From an uncultured delta proteobacterium (lineage in GTDB: Bacteria > Myxococcota > Myxococcia > Myxococcales > Anaeromyxobacteraceae): a stretch of DNA of 64,000 nucleotides. The position numbers and the translations under genes were made by a program. The number at the start of each line of letters is the position of its first letter. Position 1 is the stretch's first letter. Positions 1-9,494 of this stretch are shown piece by piece. Location: positions 192,001 to 256,000 of the forward strand of contig CAWFDF010000008.1 in the NCBI GenBank assembly GCA_963814585.1, written 5' to 3'. The notes beneath the pieces were generated by a model. That model was not told the DNA's origin and did no database searches. It worked only from the letters and a program-made list of their open reading frames with translations.

Positions 1-157
1 GGGCGGCGTCGACCACGTCCGGGATGGGGATGCCGGAGTCGGTCTGGAACACCTTCTTGCGGCGGGGCAGCTTCGCCAGCGCCTGCGCCAGCTCCTCGGC
101 GGTCCAGCGCTCGCGCTCCTTGAGGACGGCGGCCAGCTCTTCGGTCGAGAAGGACAT
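1..157 (-). CDS. Probable methylmalonyl-CoA mutase large-subunit family protein, N-terminus only (runs off window)
   Basis: Manual translation from ATG at 157: MSFSTEELAAVLKERERWTAEELAQALAKLPRRKKVFQTDSGIPIPDV; resembles the W...RK..F.T.SGI.I N-terminus of mutase alpha subunits; only 52 codons visible. Confidence 0.5.
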   Translation of the reverse strand, partial: MSFSTEELAAVLKERERWTAEELAQALAKLPRRKKVFQTDSGIPIPDVVDAA

Positions 158-244
158 GCCGATCTCAGTAACCGCTCGGGAGCCAAAACGGAAGGGGGAA
201 GCGGTGGCCCCGCTCCGATGGCCCCCGGCCGGCCAGGTGGGGCC

Positions 245-1345
245 TCACGCCCTTCGCGGCACGATCCGGACGGCCGGGGCCTTCACCACCGCCGCCACCC
301 GCCGGCCGGCGGCCAGCCCGAGCCGCTCGGCGCTGGCCCGCGTCACCAGCGCCACCAGCCGGGCGCCGCAGTCGACGACGATGCGCGAGAGCGGCCCCTC
401 GTCGCGCCGCGACGCGACCACCCCGGCCAGCCGGTTTCGCGCCGAGGAGTCGTGGCCCCCGGCCGGCTCCAGCACCACCTCCTCGGCGCGGATGCAGGCG
501 TAGGCCTCGTCCTCGACGCCGCCGGGATCGACCGCCACCAGCTCGACGCCGCCCGGGCCGGCCGTCCGGACCACCACCAGCCCCTCCTCCCGCCGCACCA
601 GCCTCGACGGGAAGACGTTCTCCGTGCCCACCGCCCGCGCCACCTCCGCGTCGACCGGGGCCGAAAAGACCTCGTGGACCGGGCCGATCTGCCGGATGGC
701 GCCGTCGACGAGCACGGCCAGCCGGTCCCCGAGCGCCAGCGCCTCGAGCCGATCGTGCGTGACCACCACGGCCGGCACGCCGGCCTGCTCGAGCAGGTGG
801 CGCAGCTCGCCCCGCAGCGCCTCCCGGGTGGGCGCGTCGAGGGCGGAGAGCGGCTCGTCGAGCAGCAGCAGACGGGGGCGGGGCGCCAGGGCCCGGCCCA
901 GGGCCACGCGCTGCTTCTGCCCTCCCGAGAGCTGCGCCGGGCGCCGGTCCATGAGCTCGACGACGCCGAGCCGCCCCGCCAGCTCGGCCACCCGCGCCTG
1001 GCGCTCGGCGCGCGGGAGCCGGTGCAGGCCGTAGCCGAGGTTGGCCGCCACCGACAGGTGCGGGAAGAGCGCGTCGTCCTGGAAGATCAGCCCCACGCCG
1101 CGCGCCTGCGGCGTGACGTCGATCCCCAGCCGCGCGTCGAACCAGGTCTCTGCGCCGAAGCGGATGGACCCCTCGTCGGGACGGTCGAGCCCGGCCAGGG
1201 CCCGCAGCACCGTGGACTTGCCCGAACCCGACGCCCCGAAGAGGACCGTGACCGGCGCGCCCTCGAGCGGCCACGCCCCCCGCGCCGAGACCACCGGGCC
1301 CCGCCGGAAGCGCCGGACCACCTCGAAGGTCAGCGCTCGTTCCAT
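245..1345 (-). CDS. modC: Molybdate ABC transporter ATP-binding protein with C-terminal TOBE domain
   Basis: Walker A GASGSGKS, LSGGQ signature, LLLLDEP Walker B, SSARN TOBE motif; ATG at 1345 overlaps modB end. Confidence 0.92.
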   Translation of the reverse strand: MERALTFEVVRRFRRGPVVSARGAWPLEGAPVTVLFGASGSGKSTVLRALAGLDRPDEGSIRFGAETWFDARLGIDVTPQARGVGLIFQDDALFPHLSVAANLGYGLHRLPRAERQARVAELAGRLGVVELMDRRPAQLSGGQKQRVALGRALAPRPRLLLLDEPLSALDAPTREALRGELRHLLEQAGVPAVVVTHDRLEALALGDRLAVLVDGAIRQIGPVHEVFSAPVDAEVARAVGTENVFPSRLVRREEGLVVVRTAGPGGVELVAVDPGGVEDEAYACIRAEEVVLEPAGGHDSSARNRLAGVVASRRDEGPLSRIVVDCGARLVALVTRASAERLGLAAGRRVAAVVKAPAVRIVPRRA

Positions 1346-2004
1346 CTGAAGAGCGACCGCCGCTGCAGGGCGTAGACGAGGGCCAGCACCGCGAAGGAGA
1401 TGGCCAGCAGCAGGCCCGCGGTCCGGTGCGCGGCGCCATACTCCAGCGCCTCGACGTGGTCGAAGATGGCGACCGACAGCGTCCGGGTCCGTCCCGGGAT
1501 GTTGCCGCCCACCATCAACACCACGCCGAACTCGCCCAGCGTGTGGGCGAAGGTGAGGACCGCGCCGGCCAGCACGCCCGGCCAGGCCAGCGGGAGCGTC
1601 ACCCTGAAGAAGGTGGAGAGCCGCGAGACGCCGAGCGTGTGCGAGGCCTCGACGAAGCGGCGCTCGACGCCCGCCAGCGCCCCGGCGAACGGCTGCACGG
1701 CGAAGGGCAGGCTGTAGAGCAGCGAGGCCACCAGCAGCCCGGCGAAGGAGAACGGGAACGGGTGGCCGGCCACCGCCTCGAAGAGCTGGCCGGCCGGGCT
1801 GCGGGGCCCGAGCCCGACCAGCAGGTAGAAGCCCAGCACCGTGGGCGGCAGGATCAGCGGGAGCGCCACCACCGCCTCGACCAGGAACTTGGCCCGCCAT
1901 CGGCTCACCACCAGCCACCAGGCCAGCGGCAGGCCGAGCACCAGCAGGATGACCGTGGTGAGCGCGGCCAGCTCGACCGAGAGGATGAGGGCGGTGACGT
2001 CCAT
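1330..2004 (-). CDS. modB: Molybdate ABC transporter permease
   Basis: LPLILPPTVLGFYLL and FAHTLGEFGVVLMVGGNIPG motifs; lies between modA and modC. Confidence 0.95.
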   Translation of the reverse strand: MDVTALILSVELAALTTVILLVLGLPLAWWLVVSRWRAKFLVEAVVALPLILPPTVLGFYLLVGLGPRSPAGQLFEAVAGHPFPFSFAGLLVASLLYSLPFAVQPFAGALAGVERRFVEASHTLGVSRLSTFFRVTLPLAWPGVLAGAVLTFAHTLGEFGVVLMVGGNIPGRTRTLSVAIFDHVEALEYGAAHRTAGLLLAISFAVLALVYALQRRSLFRWNER

Positions 2005-2016
2005 GGGGCGGGGTCA

Positions 2017-2095
2017 TAGTGCCCCGACCCAGGCCAGATGCCTACTGCGGGAGGATCGGCTCTCGTCACTTCATCGTGCCTGGGCCCGGGCGCTA
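2017..2095. mobile_element. Short (79 bp) copy of MITE-like inverted-repeat family
   Basis: Imperfect 24-bp terminal inverted repeats TAGTGCCCCGACCCAGGCCAGATG / CATCGTGCCTGGGCCCGGGCGCTA; right end supplies the modA TAG stop. Confidence 0.75.
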
Positions 2096-2857
2096 CGGCA
2101 GGCCGTACCCGCCACGGGAGAGGATGGCCCGCCCCTTCTCGCCGGTGAGGAAGCGGAGGAAGTCGCGGGCCAGGGCCGGCTCCCGGGCGCCGGCCAGCAC
2201 CACGCCGGATTGCCCGATCCTCGGGTAGAGCTCCGCGGCGACCTCGACCGTCCGGCCCGCGGCCAGCTCCTTCCCGGAGGTGAGAGAGAGCGGCAGGAAG
2301 GCCACGTCGGCGGCGCCGGTGGTGGCGAACTGGGCCGCCTGCCCGACGCTGGTGCCGAGCACCAGCTTCTGCTTCACCGCGTCGTGGACTCCGGCCGCCT
2401 TGAGGGCCGCCTCGGCGGCACGACCGAAGGGAGCGACCGCGGGGTTGGCGATGGCGATGCGCCTCACGCCGGCGTCGGCCAGCGCCGCCAGCCCGCGCCC
2501 CTCCAGGTCCAGCGTCGAGCCCGGCGGCAGCCAGGCCACCAGCCTGCCGTAGGCGTAGGTCCGCTCGTCGGCCGCGGCGGCCAGCCCGGCCGACACCAGC
2601 CTGGCCGGGTAGTCGCGGTCGGCGGAGAGGAAGAGATCGAAGGGGGCGCCGTTCTGGATCTGGGCGAAGAGCGCACCAGAGGCCCCGAACGTCAGCGTCA
2701 GCTCGACGCCCGGCCGCGCCGCCTCGAAGGCCTGCTTCAGCTCCACGGCCGCCTCCTTGAGGTTGGCCGCGGCGGCGATGGCGACGGTGTGGTGCTTCGG
2801 CGAGGGCCCCGGGGCGGACAGGAGGAGCGCGAGCGCGAGCGGGGCGATGCCAGCCAT
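2093..2857 (-). CDS. modA: Molybdate ABC transporter substrate-binding protein
   Basis: Signal peptide, AAAANL, FGASG, QIQNGAPFDLFLSAD, IAIANP..APFG motifs. Confidence 0.95.
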   Translation of the reverse strand: MAGIAPLALALLLSAPGPSPKHHTVAIAAAANLKEAAVELKQAFEAARPGVELTLTFGASGALFAQIQNGAPFDLFLSADRDYPARLVSAGLAAAADERTYAYGRLVAWLPPGSTLDLEGRGLAALADAGVRRIAIANPAVAPFGRAAEAALKAAGVHDAVKQKLVLGTSVGQAAQFATTGAADVAFLPLSLTSGKELAAGRTVEVAAELYPRIGQSGVVLAGAREPALARDFLRFLTGEKGRAILSRGGYGLP

Positions 2858-2992
2858 GTCCTCTCCAGGGAGCCACGTGGATCCGAGGCCGTCGATGCTC
2901 GCATGCTGCAGGGCACCGGCCGGGACCGGAAGGAGCGCGGCCCGCCGAGGGACTCCAGCGGGCCGCGGGACTGCTCGACGATGCTGCCTGTC

Positions 2993-3069
2993 TGGTGGTG
3001 AGGGGGAGAATCGAACTCCCGACCTGGGGATTATGAGACCCCCGCTCTAGCCGACTGAGCTACCTCACC
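2993..3069 (-). tRNA. tRNA-Met (CAT), probably elongator
   Basis: GGTGAGGTAGCTCAG...CTCATAA...GTTCGATTC...CCTCACCACCA cloverleaf with encoded CCA; paired G1-C72 argues against initiator; Ile2 not fully excluded. Confidence 0.9.
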
Positions 3070-3132
3070 GAAGTGGCCCCACGCCCGAAGAGCCGCAAGG
3101 ACGCGGGGTTATAGGGCCCCGCGCCGGAGCCG

Positions 3133-4227
3133 TCAAGCGCCGGCCGGCGGCACCCCGGCTCCCTTCGCGGCGCCAGGTCCCTCCGCCGCGAGCGCCTCGG
3201 CCTCCTCCTCGTCCAGCGCCTCGGCGGTCCCCTCGGGCGACCGGAAGATGCGCGCCATCTGGATGTGGGGCGAGAAGATGAAGATCGCGCCGAGCAGGAG
3301 CTGGAAGCCGACCTGCGAGGCCCACAGCACGTTGGCCCAGGCCACGCCGCGCGTGTGGGCGACCTCCTCCGGGACGAAGAGCGAAAGCCCGAAGGCGGCC
3401 GCCAGCTGGAACGTCCCCACCATCCCGGGCCCGGCCGGGATCATGATCCCGGCCACCAGGACGCCGAGGATGGTGAAGGCGTCGACGAGCTGGAGGTCGA
3501 GGGCGAAGGCGCGCGCCATCAGCTGCATGCCCCAGCCGTTGACGCCCCAGTAGGCGGCGGTGAGGGCGATGAAGAGCGCCATCTTCCGCTTGCTCGGGAC
3601 CAGGCGCAGGCCGCGGATGAAGGCGTCGAGCATCCCGGCGGCGTGCTCGGCCAGGCGGGGTGAGAAGGGCCTGAGGAGCCGGATCACGATCCGGACCGCC
3701 AGCTCCCGGTTCAGGTAGGCCACCACCAGGAAGGCCAGCAGGCCGCCGAAGAGCGCCGCCATCACGAAGCCCGCCTTGCGGATCTCGGCGAGGTGCGGCG
3801 TCCCCTCCGGCACGGCGAAGAGCGTCACCAGCAGGAGCAGCGCCGTGAAGACGCCATCGGCCACCCGCTCCACCACCACGCTGGAGAGCGCCGCCGAGAC
3901 CCGCAGCCGCGGCCGGTCGCTGATGAGGTACGGGCGGGCGAACTCGCCGAGCCGGAACGGCAGGATCATCAGCGCCGTGAACCCGACCGCCGAGACCGCG
4001 TTGAGGCGTCCGAACGGGACCTTGGCGACCGGCTCGAGCAGGATCCCCCAGCGGACCGTGCGCAGCAGGTGGATGAGGCCCAGCGAGGCCAGGTAGACCG
4101 GCAGGTACCGGTAGTCGCCGGCCCGCACCGCCAGCCAGATGGCGCCGAGATCCTTCCCCCGGAAGGTCAGGTAGATGGCCAGGGCCGAGATGCCCACGCC
4201 GATCACCGACTGGAGGACGCGCTTCAC
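3133..4227 (-). CDS. Lysylphosphatidylglycerol synthase TM-domain / UPF0104 flippase-like membrane protein
   Basis: LRTVRWGILL, LPFRLGEFARPYL, VVERVAD, IPAGPGMVG motifs; GTG start overlaps upstream TGA. Confidence 0.85.
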   Translation of the reverse strand: MKRVLQSVIGVGISALAIYLTFRGKDLGAIWLAVRAGDYRYLPVYLASLGLIHLLRTVRWGILLEPVAKVPFGRLNAVSAVGFTALMILPFRLGEFARPYLISDRPRLRVSAALSSVVVERVADGVFTALLLLVTLFAVPEGTPHLAEIRKAGFVMAALFGGLLAFLVVAYLNRELAVRIVIRLLRPFSPRLAEHAAGMLDAFIRGLRLVPSKRKMALFIALTAAYWGVNGWGMQLMARAFALDLQLVDAFTILGVLVAGIMIPAGPGMVGTFQLAAAFGLSLFVPEEVAHTRGVAWANVLWASQVGFQLLLGAIFIFSPHIQMARIFRSPEGTAEALDEEEAEALAAEGPGAAKGAGVPPAGA

Positions 4228-4949
4228 CCGAGCTCCTCCCCGGCCAGGATGCGGCGCGGGTTGGAGGAGAAGAGCCGCTCGAGCGTCTCCACGCCGCCGC
4301 GCTGCACGAGCTGGTCCATCGCCTCGGGCACCCACTCGTCGGCGCCGTCCGGCCGGTGCAGGTCGGTGGCGGCCACCGCGTAGAGCCCCTCTTCGAGGAA
4401 CTGCTCGGCCAGCTTGCGCGCCGTCGCGCCGTAGAGCCCCACCAGGGCGCCGACGTTGAGCTGCAGCCCGCCACCCAGCCGCACCACCTCGGCCGCCCGG
4501 CCCGGCCGCTCGAACTCCTGGCAGCGCTCCGGGTGGGCGACGAGCGGGAGCACGTCGCGCCGTCTGAGCCGGAAGATCAGCTCGGGCAGGGTCGGCACCG
4601 CGCCCCGGAACGGGAGCTCCACCAGCACCCAGCGCTGGCTCTCGCCGATGCCCCTCCGGTCCGGCACGTCGAGCCGCTCCAGGAAGCGGTCGTCCAGCTT
4701 GTTCTCGGCGTTCTGGTGGAGGCGGAGCGGGATCTGCTCGGCGTCCAGCAGCGTGGCCAGCTCGGCCCGGCGCGCGGTGCAGGAGGCCGCGTCGCGGGAC
4801 GGCACCTCCAGGTTGGCGTGGGGGCTCGGGGCGGCGTCGCTGAAGCCCAGCGAGGCCAGCAGCCTGGAGGCGGCGACCGCCTCCTCGGCCGTCTCGACGC
4901 CGTCGTCGAGCGCCCAGAGGAGGTGGCAGTGGAGATCGACGAAGCCCAT
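4224..4949 (-). CDS. CpsB/CapC-type PHP tyrosine-protein phosphatase
   Basis: DLHCHLL..LDDG, SPH, AHPER, ATDLH metal-binding motifs. Confidence 0.88.
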   Translation of the reverse strand: MGFVDLHCHLLWALDDGVETAEEAVAASRLLASLGFSDAAPSPHANLEVPSRDAASCTARRAELATLLDAEQIPLRLHQNAENKLDDRFLERLDVPDRRGIGESQRWVLVELPFRGAVPTLPELIFRLRRRDVLPLVAHPERCQEFERPGRAAEVVRLGGGLQLNVGALVGLYGATARKLAEQFLEEGLYAVAATDLHRPDGADEWVPEAMDQLVQRGGVETLERLFSSNPRRILAGEELG

Positions 4950-4988
4950 CGCGGCGGGCTCATACCACAACGGGGCCGGGCCGCCGAC

Positions 4989-5186
4989 TCAGGACTTCTC
5001 CGGCTCTCCTTCCCCGCCGCCCGGGTCGGCCCCACCGTCGCCGGCCGGCTCGCCCGGGACCCGGTACTGGCCGTCGAACCACTTCCCGAGGTCGATCAGG
5101 CGGCACCGCTCCGAGCAGAACGGGAAGGCGCGGTTCACGCCCCGCTGGCCGACCGGCTGGTGGCAGACCGGGCAGCGGCGCGTCAC
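4989..5186 (-). CDS. yacG: DNA gyrase inhibitor YacG
   Basis: CPVC...FPFCSERCRLIDLGKWFDGQYRVPG. Confidence 0.92.
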   Translation of the reverse strand: MTRRCPVCHQPVGQRGVNRAFPFCSERCRLIDLGKWFDGQYRVPGEPAGDGGADPGGGEGEPEKS

Positions 5187-5704
5187 GGGCTTCCCTCCCG
5201 GCAGCCCGGGGCCAGCAGCGGGGCCGAGGCCTCCTCGAGCCGGCGCCGGTCCAGCGCCCCCTCGAAGACCCGCGCCACCCGCCCCTCGCGGTCGAGCAGG
5301 AAGGTGCGCGGGTAGGCGGTCACGCCCCAGGCGGCCGCCACCTCGGCGCGGACGTCCAGGACCACCGGGTATGGCAGGGTCCTCGCCACCGCGGCCACGT
5401 CGTCACGGGCCGACTCCTCCGCCACCCCCAGCACCTCGAGGCAGCGCCCGCCGTCCACCTGGCGGGCGGCCGAGAGCTCGGGGAGCTCGGCCAGGCACGG
5501 CGAGCACCAGGTGGCCCAGAAGTTCACCGCCACCACCCGGCCCCGCAGCGCGGCCAGGTCCACCTCGGCGCCGTCGGTCGACCTGAGCGTGAACGGAGCC
5601 GGCGTCGCGCCGGCCGCCACCAGGCGCTCCGAGCGCTGCACCAGGAGCTGGCCGACCACCACCGCCGCCACGCCCGCCAGCGCCAGCTTGAGCCAGGCCT
5701 TCAA
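5183..5704 (-). CDS. TlpA-family thiol-disulfide oxidoreductase
   Basis: N-terminal TM segment, VNFWATWCSPC, YPRTFLLDREG. Confidence 0.88.
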   Translation of the reverse strand: MKAWLKLALAGVAAVVVGQLLVQRSERLVAAGATPAPFTLRSTDGAEVDLAALRGRVVAVNFWATWCSPCLAELPELSAARQVDGGRCLEVLGVAEESARDDVAAVARTLPYPVVLDVRAEVAAAWGVTAYPRTFLLDREGRVARVFEGALDRRRLEEASAPLLAPGCREGSP

Positions 5705-5711
5705 CGCCGCC

Positions 5712-7465
5712 TCAGTTGACCGCCGGGGAGACCATCGAGCCGGCGCCCATGCCCATGAGCGTCTTCAGGTCGTCGTCCGTGAAGAAGATCCCGCCACCGA
5801 AGAAGACGTCGGTTCCGAGGGTGAACTTCGGACCGCCCGGATACCGGCCCGACCGCCATTGGTTGAGGAAGTCGTCCGAGCCGGCGGTGACGTAGAAGTG
5901 CTGCAGGAAGTTGTAGTTGAGCCAGAACTTGGCGCGCGGGAAGACGCCCTGGAATGGCCGGCTGAACTGGTAGATCGAGACCGACACCTGCAGCCGGTCG
6001 TCGAAGAGGTGGAGATCCGAGCCCACGCCGCCCGAGCTCTCGATGACCCCCGCGCGGAAGGCGACCGGGCCGTAGCGCTTGGCGAACTGCAGCGTGAAGG
6101 TGAGCTTCTGCTCGTGGACCGTGCTGGTGGTGATGGAGGTGACGTCCGGCAGCGTGGGCTGGGACGGATCGCGCGTGGTGGAGGTGGTGGTGGTCACGGT
6201 GTCCACGCCGCGCGGGTCCGAGACCAGCTCGAAGATGAAGTACTTGTCCGGTCGCGGCAGCAGGCGGACGCCGAAGTAGGTCTTGGCCGCGGTCTGGTTG
6301 AGGAGCCACTCCGAGCGGAGCCGGACCTCGACCTGCAGGCGGTACAGGTTGTCGACGTAGTTGGCGTAGGTCTCGATGGCGTCGCCGACCTTGTTGCCGA
6401 GCCGCTCGTCGTTGAGCAGCTTGCCGGCGATGCTGTCGCCCTGCTGCAGCTTGGCCAGGAGCTCGTCGAGCCGGTTCAGGCTGACGTTGGCCTTCTCGAT
6501 GGCCTGCTTGACGCCCCGCGCCTCGGTGCTGGCCGTGGCGCCCGCCCCCGTCCCAGCGGCGCCGGCCGTGGCCGGGGGGATCCCGCCGGTCCCGCCGGCG
6601 TGGCCGGTCCGGCCGGACTGCCTCCTCCAGCCGGCCGCGGCGCCACCCCGCCCGCCACCGCGCCGGCACCAGGCCCCGTCACCGCGCCGCTGGAGCCGCC
6701 GTCGGAGCCCGTGGTCCCTCCGTCCATGATGGACTGCGTGCTGGCCAGCAGCTGCCGCAGCTGCCGCGACACCACCTCGGTGTTCCGGACGATCTCGCGG
6801 ATGTGCTCCTTCTCCGAGCCGGTCAGCTCCCGCACGTCGCCGGAGATGGCCTCGGCGTTGGAGATCAGGCTGGTGAGCTTCCCCTGGTTCGCGGCGACCG
6901 TCTCGTCGAGCCGTCGCGTCAACCTGACGATGTTCTCGATGATCTCGCGCATCGAGCCGCGCTCGGCGCCCACCATCTTGGTGAGGTCGGCGCTCACCAC
7001 CTGCACGTCGGCGGCGATCTTGGACAGGGTCTCGATGAGCTTCTGGGTGCTGCCGGCCTCGCGGACGCAGGTCACCTCGCGCTGCTCCCTGGGGAGCCGC
7101 GAGAGCACCGGGGCGGCCTCGCTGCCGAGCGAGACCTCCAGCAGGGCGTCGGGGAGCAGCGCCGAAGGGAAGACCTTGGAGAGGCAGGCGTCGGCCCGGA
7201 GCTCGACCTCGTTCTTGATGCGCAGGTCGAGCCGGGCCCGGTGTCCCACCAGCGAGATCTTCTCGACCTCGCCGATCTGGATGCCGGCGATCTGCACCCG
7301 GCTCTTCCAGGTGAGCCCGGTGGCGTCCGTGAACAGGGCGTGGACCACGTAGCTGTCCTTCTCCGAGTAGCCACCCGTCCTGATGAAGGTGAACACCAGC
7401 AGGAAGGCGGCCCCGGTCACCGCCACCAGCGCGCCCACCGAGAGGGCCTTGTTGAGGTGCGGCAT
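5712..7465 (-). pseudogene. mlaD: MlaD/MCE-domain protein, split by one apparent frameshift near 6574-6579
   Basis: MCE motif ATGL...SRVQIAGIQIGEV in frame 6476..7579; helical region (GDSIAGKLLNDE) and beta-rich C-terminus continue in frame of 5712..6206; adding one base to the 6-bp G/C run restores a single ORF. Confidence 0.8.
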
Positions 7466-7481
7466 CTTCACGGGCGGGAGC

Positions 7482-8222
7482 TCACTGCTTCTGGAACCAG
7501 GTGGAGAGGTAGCGCTGCACGTAGGGATCCTGGCTCGCCTTGACCTCGGCGGGCGTCCCCTCGGCAGCCAGGTTCCCATCGTAGAGCACCGCCAGGCGGT
7601 CGGCCACCTTGAATGCCGAGGCCACGTCGTGGCTGATCACCATCGAGGTGATGCCCAGCCTCTGCTTGGCGGCCAGGATCATCCCGTCCACGTAGTCGGT
7701 GGTGATGGGGTCGAGGCCGGTGGTCGGCTCGTCGTAGAGCACGATCTTCGGGTCGGAGACCAGCGCCCGGGCCAGCGCCACCCGCTTGCGCATGCCGCCC
7801 GAGAGCTCGGCGGGGTACCGCGCCAGGACCTCCTCGCCCAGGTCGACCACCTTGAGCTTGGCGAGGACCTTCTCCCGCACCTCCTCCGGCGGAGGGGCGT
7901 GGCCGCGCTCGCGCAGCGGGAAGGCCACGTTCTCGTACACGGTCATCGAGTCGAAGAGCGCCGCCCACTGGAAGACCATGCCGAAGACGCCGCGCGCCTC
8001 GGTGAGCGCCTTCCCGGTGAGGCTGGAGATCTCGACCCCGTCGACGTGGACCGTGCCCCGGTCCGGCTTGAGGAGCCCGATGACGTGCTTCATCAGCACC
8101 GTCTTGCCCGAGCCCGAGCCGCCCAGCACCACGTAGACCTCGCCGCGCTCGATGGTGAGGCTGATCCCCTTGAGGACCTGGTTCTCCCCGAACGCCTTCC
8201 AGAGGTCGCGCACTTCGATCAA
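7482..8222 (-). CDS. mlaF: Mla/Ttg2 ABC transporter ATP-binding protein
   Basis: GGSGSGKT, ALFDSMTVYENVAFPL, ELSGGMRKRVALARAL, YDEPTTGLDPI. Confidence 0.92.
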   Translation of the reverse strand: MIEVRDLWKAFGENQVLKGISLTIERGEVYVVLGGSGSGKTVLMKHVIGLLKPDRGTVHVDGVEISSLTGKALTEARGVFGMVFQWAALFDSMTVYENVAFPLRERGHAPPPEEVREKVLAKLKVVDLGEEVLARYPAELSGGMRKRVALARALVSDPKIVLYDEPTTGLDPITTDYVDGMILAAKQRLGITSMVISHDVASAFKVADRLAVLYDGNLAAEGTPAEVKASQDPYVQRYLSTWFQKQ

Positions 8223-8225
8223 GGC

Positions 8226-8990
8226 TCAGGTCCCCACCGAGAACAGGGTCATGGCGTAGTCGACCACCAGGATGCCGATCGAGCTGGTGACCACCGCCCG
8301 GGTGGTCCCCTCGCCCACGCCGCGCGAGCCGCCGGAGGCCGAGTAGCCTCGCCAGGTGGTGACCACCGACACCAGCAGCCCGAAGAGGAGCGCCTTGCCC
8401 AGCCCGTGGAACACGTCCTCGGGCAGGACGATGGTCCGGGTGTGCTCGATGAAGGGGCCGGCCGGGATCCGGGACACGAAGACCCCCATCAGGTAGGCCC
8501 CGGCGTAGCCGAGCGCGTTGAAGAGCATGGTCAGCACGGGGAACATCAGGACCGACGCGACCACCCTGGGGACCACCAGGTACTGGATGGGGTTGACCGC
8601 CATGGAGTCCATGGCATCCATCTGCTCGGTGACCCGCATGGTCCCCAGCTCGGTGGCGATGGCGCTCCCGGCCCGCCCGGTCACCATGAGCGCGGTGAGC
8701 ACCGGCGACAGCTCGCGGGCCAGCGCCAGCGCCGTGGTGCCACCCACGTACCCCTCGGCGGCGAACTGCCGCATGCCGTAGTTCGTCTGCAACGCGAACA
8801 CCATGCCGGTGAAGGTCCCGGTCACGCCGACGATGAAGACCGATCCGACCCCGATGAAGGCCATCTGGGTCAGGATCAGCCACGGCCGGAACGGCGGGCG
8901 AAAGGCCCAGGCGATGGTCTCAAAGGCGAAGAAGATCATGCCCCCGAAGTCCTCGAGGGCGGCCGTGAGCCGTCTCATGGGCCCGATCAT
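8226..8990 (-). CDS. mlaE: Mla/Ttg2 ABC transporter permease
   Basis: RELSPVLTALMVTGRAGSAIATELGTMRVTEQMDA, GVGEGTTRAVV; start could also be 8978. Confidence 0.92.
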   Translation of the reverse strand: MIGPMRRLTAALEDFGGMIFFAFETIAWAFRPPFRPWLILTQMAFIGVGSVFIVGVTGTFTGMVFALQTNYGMRQFAAEGYVGGTTALALARELSPVLTALMVTGRAGSAIATELGTMRVTEQMDAMDSMAVNPIQYLVVPRVVASVLMFPVLTMLFNALGYAGAYLMGVFVSRIPAGPFIEHTRTIVLPEDVFHGLGKALLFGLLVSVVTTWRGYSASGGSRGVGEGTTRAVVTSSIGILVVDYAMTLFSVGT

Positions 8991-9070
8991 GGCATGCTTC
9001 CCCGGGGTGGTCGCCTTTCCCTCCTTGTGGCCTATCCGGGTACGGCCGTTCCTGTATGCTGCGCGTCCCT

Positions 9071-9481
9071 ATGATCAAGGTCGGCGGCGAAGTGGATGCG
9101 CTCTGCAGCAAGTGCGAGCTGACGCTGGCACACACGGTGATCGCCATGGTGGGCGACAAGCCGGCGAAGGTGAAGTGCAACACCTGCAAGGGGGAGCACA
9201 AGTACCGACCCCCGGCCGGGGCGGCTTCCCCGACCACCTCGGTGGCGAAGCGGAAGGCGGCCCGCCCGCCCCGGGAGAAGAAGGCGGTGGTCACCTTCGA
9301 GGAGCTGCTGGCCTCGCACAAGCGGCCGCCCGTCCCCTACTCGGTGAGGCGTCGCTTCGTGGTCGACGACGTCGTCGATCACCCGACCTTCGGCGTCGGG
9401 TTCGTCCACGCCGTCCGCATCGACAAGATCGACGTGACCTTCCGCGCCGAGCCACGGGTCCTGATCCACGGTCGGGCCTGA
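9071..9481 (+). CDS. Conserved-looking hypothetical protein: zinc ribbon plus Tudor-like C-terminal domain
   Basis: CSKC..H and CNTC...H pairs; DVVDHPTFGVGFV C-terminal motif; strong GC3 codon bias. Confidence 0.7.
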   Translation: MIKVGGEVDALCSKCELTLAHTVIAMVGDKPAKVKCNTCKGEHKYRPPAGAASPTTSVAKRKAARPPREKKAVVTFEELLASHKRPPVPYSVRRRFVVDDVVDHPTFGVGFVHAVRIDKIDVTFRAEPRVLIHGRA

Positions 9482-9494
9482 GGCCGCGCCGTCC

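Noticed and set aside
160..244. AAGGGGGAAGCGGTG resembling part of a cobalamin riboswitch upstream of the mutase-like gene
   Set aside because: On the wrong strand for the minus-strand gene, lacks the GCCACTG B12 box, and the space is too short
2993..3069. tRNA-anchored genomic island or prophage at tRNA-Met (also checked tRNA-Sec)
   Set aside because: No integrase, no duplicated tRNA 3' end, and flanking genes are ordinary with host-like codon usage
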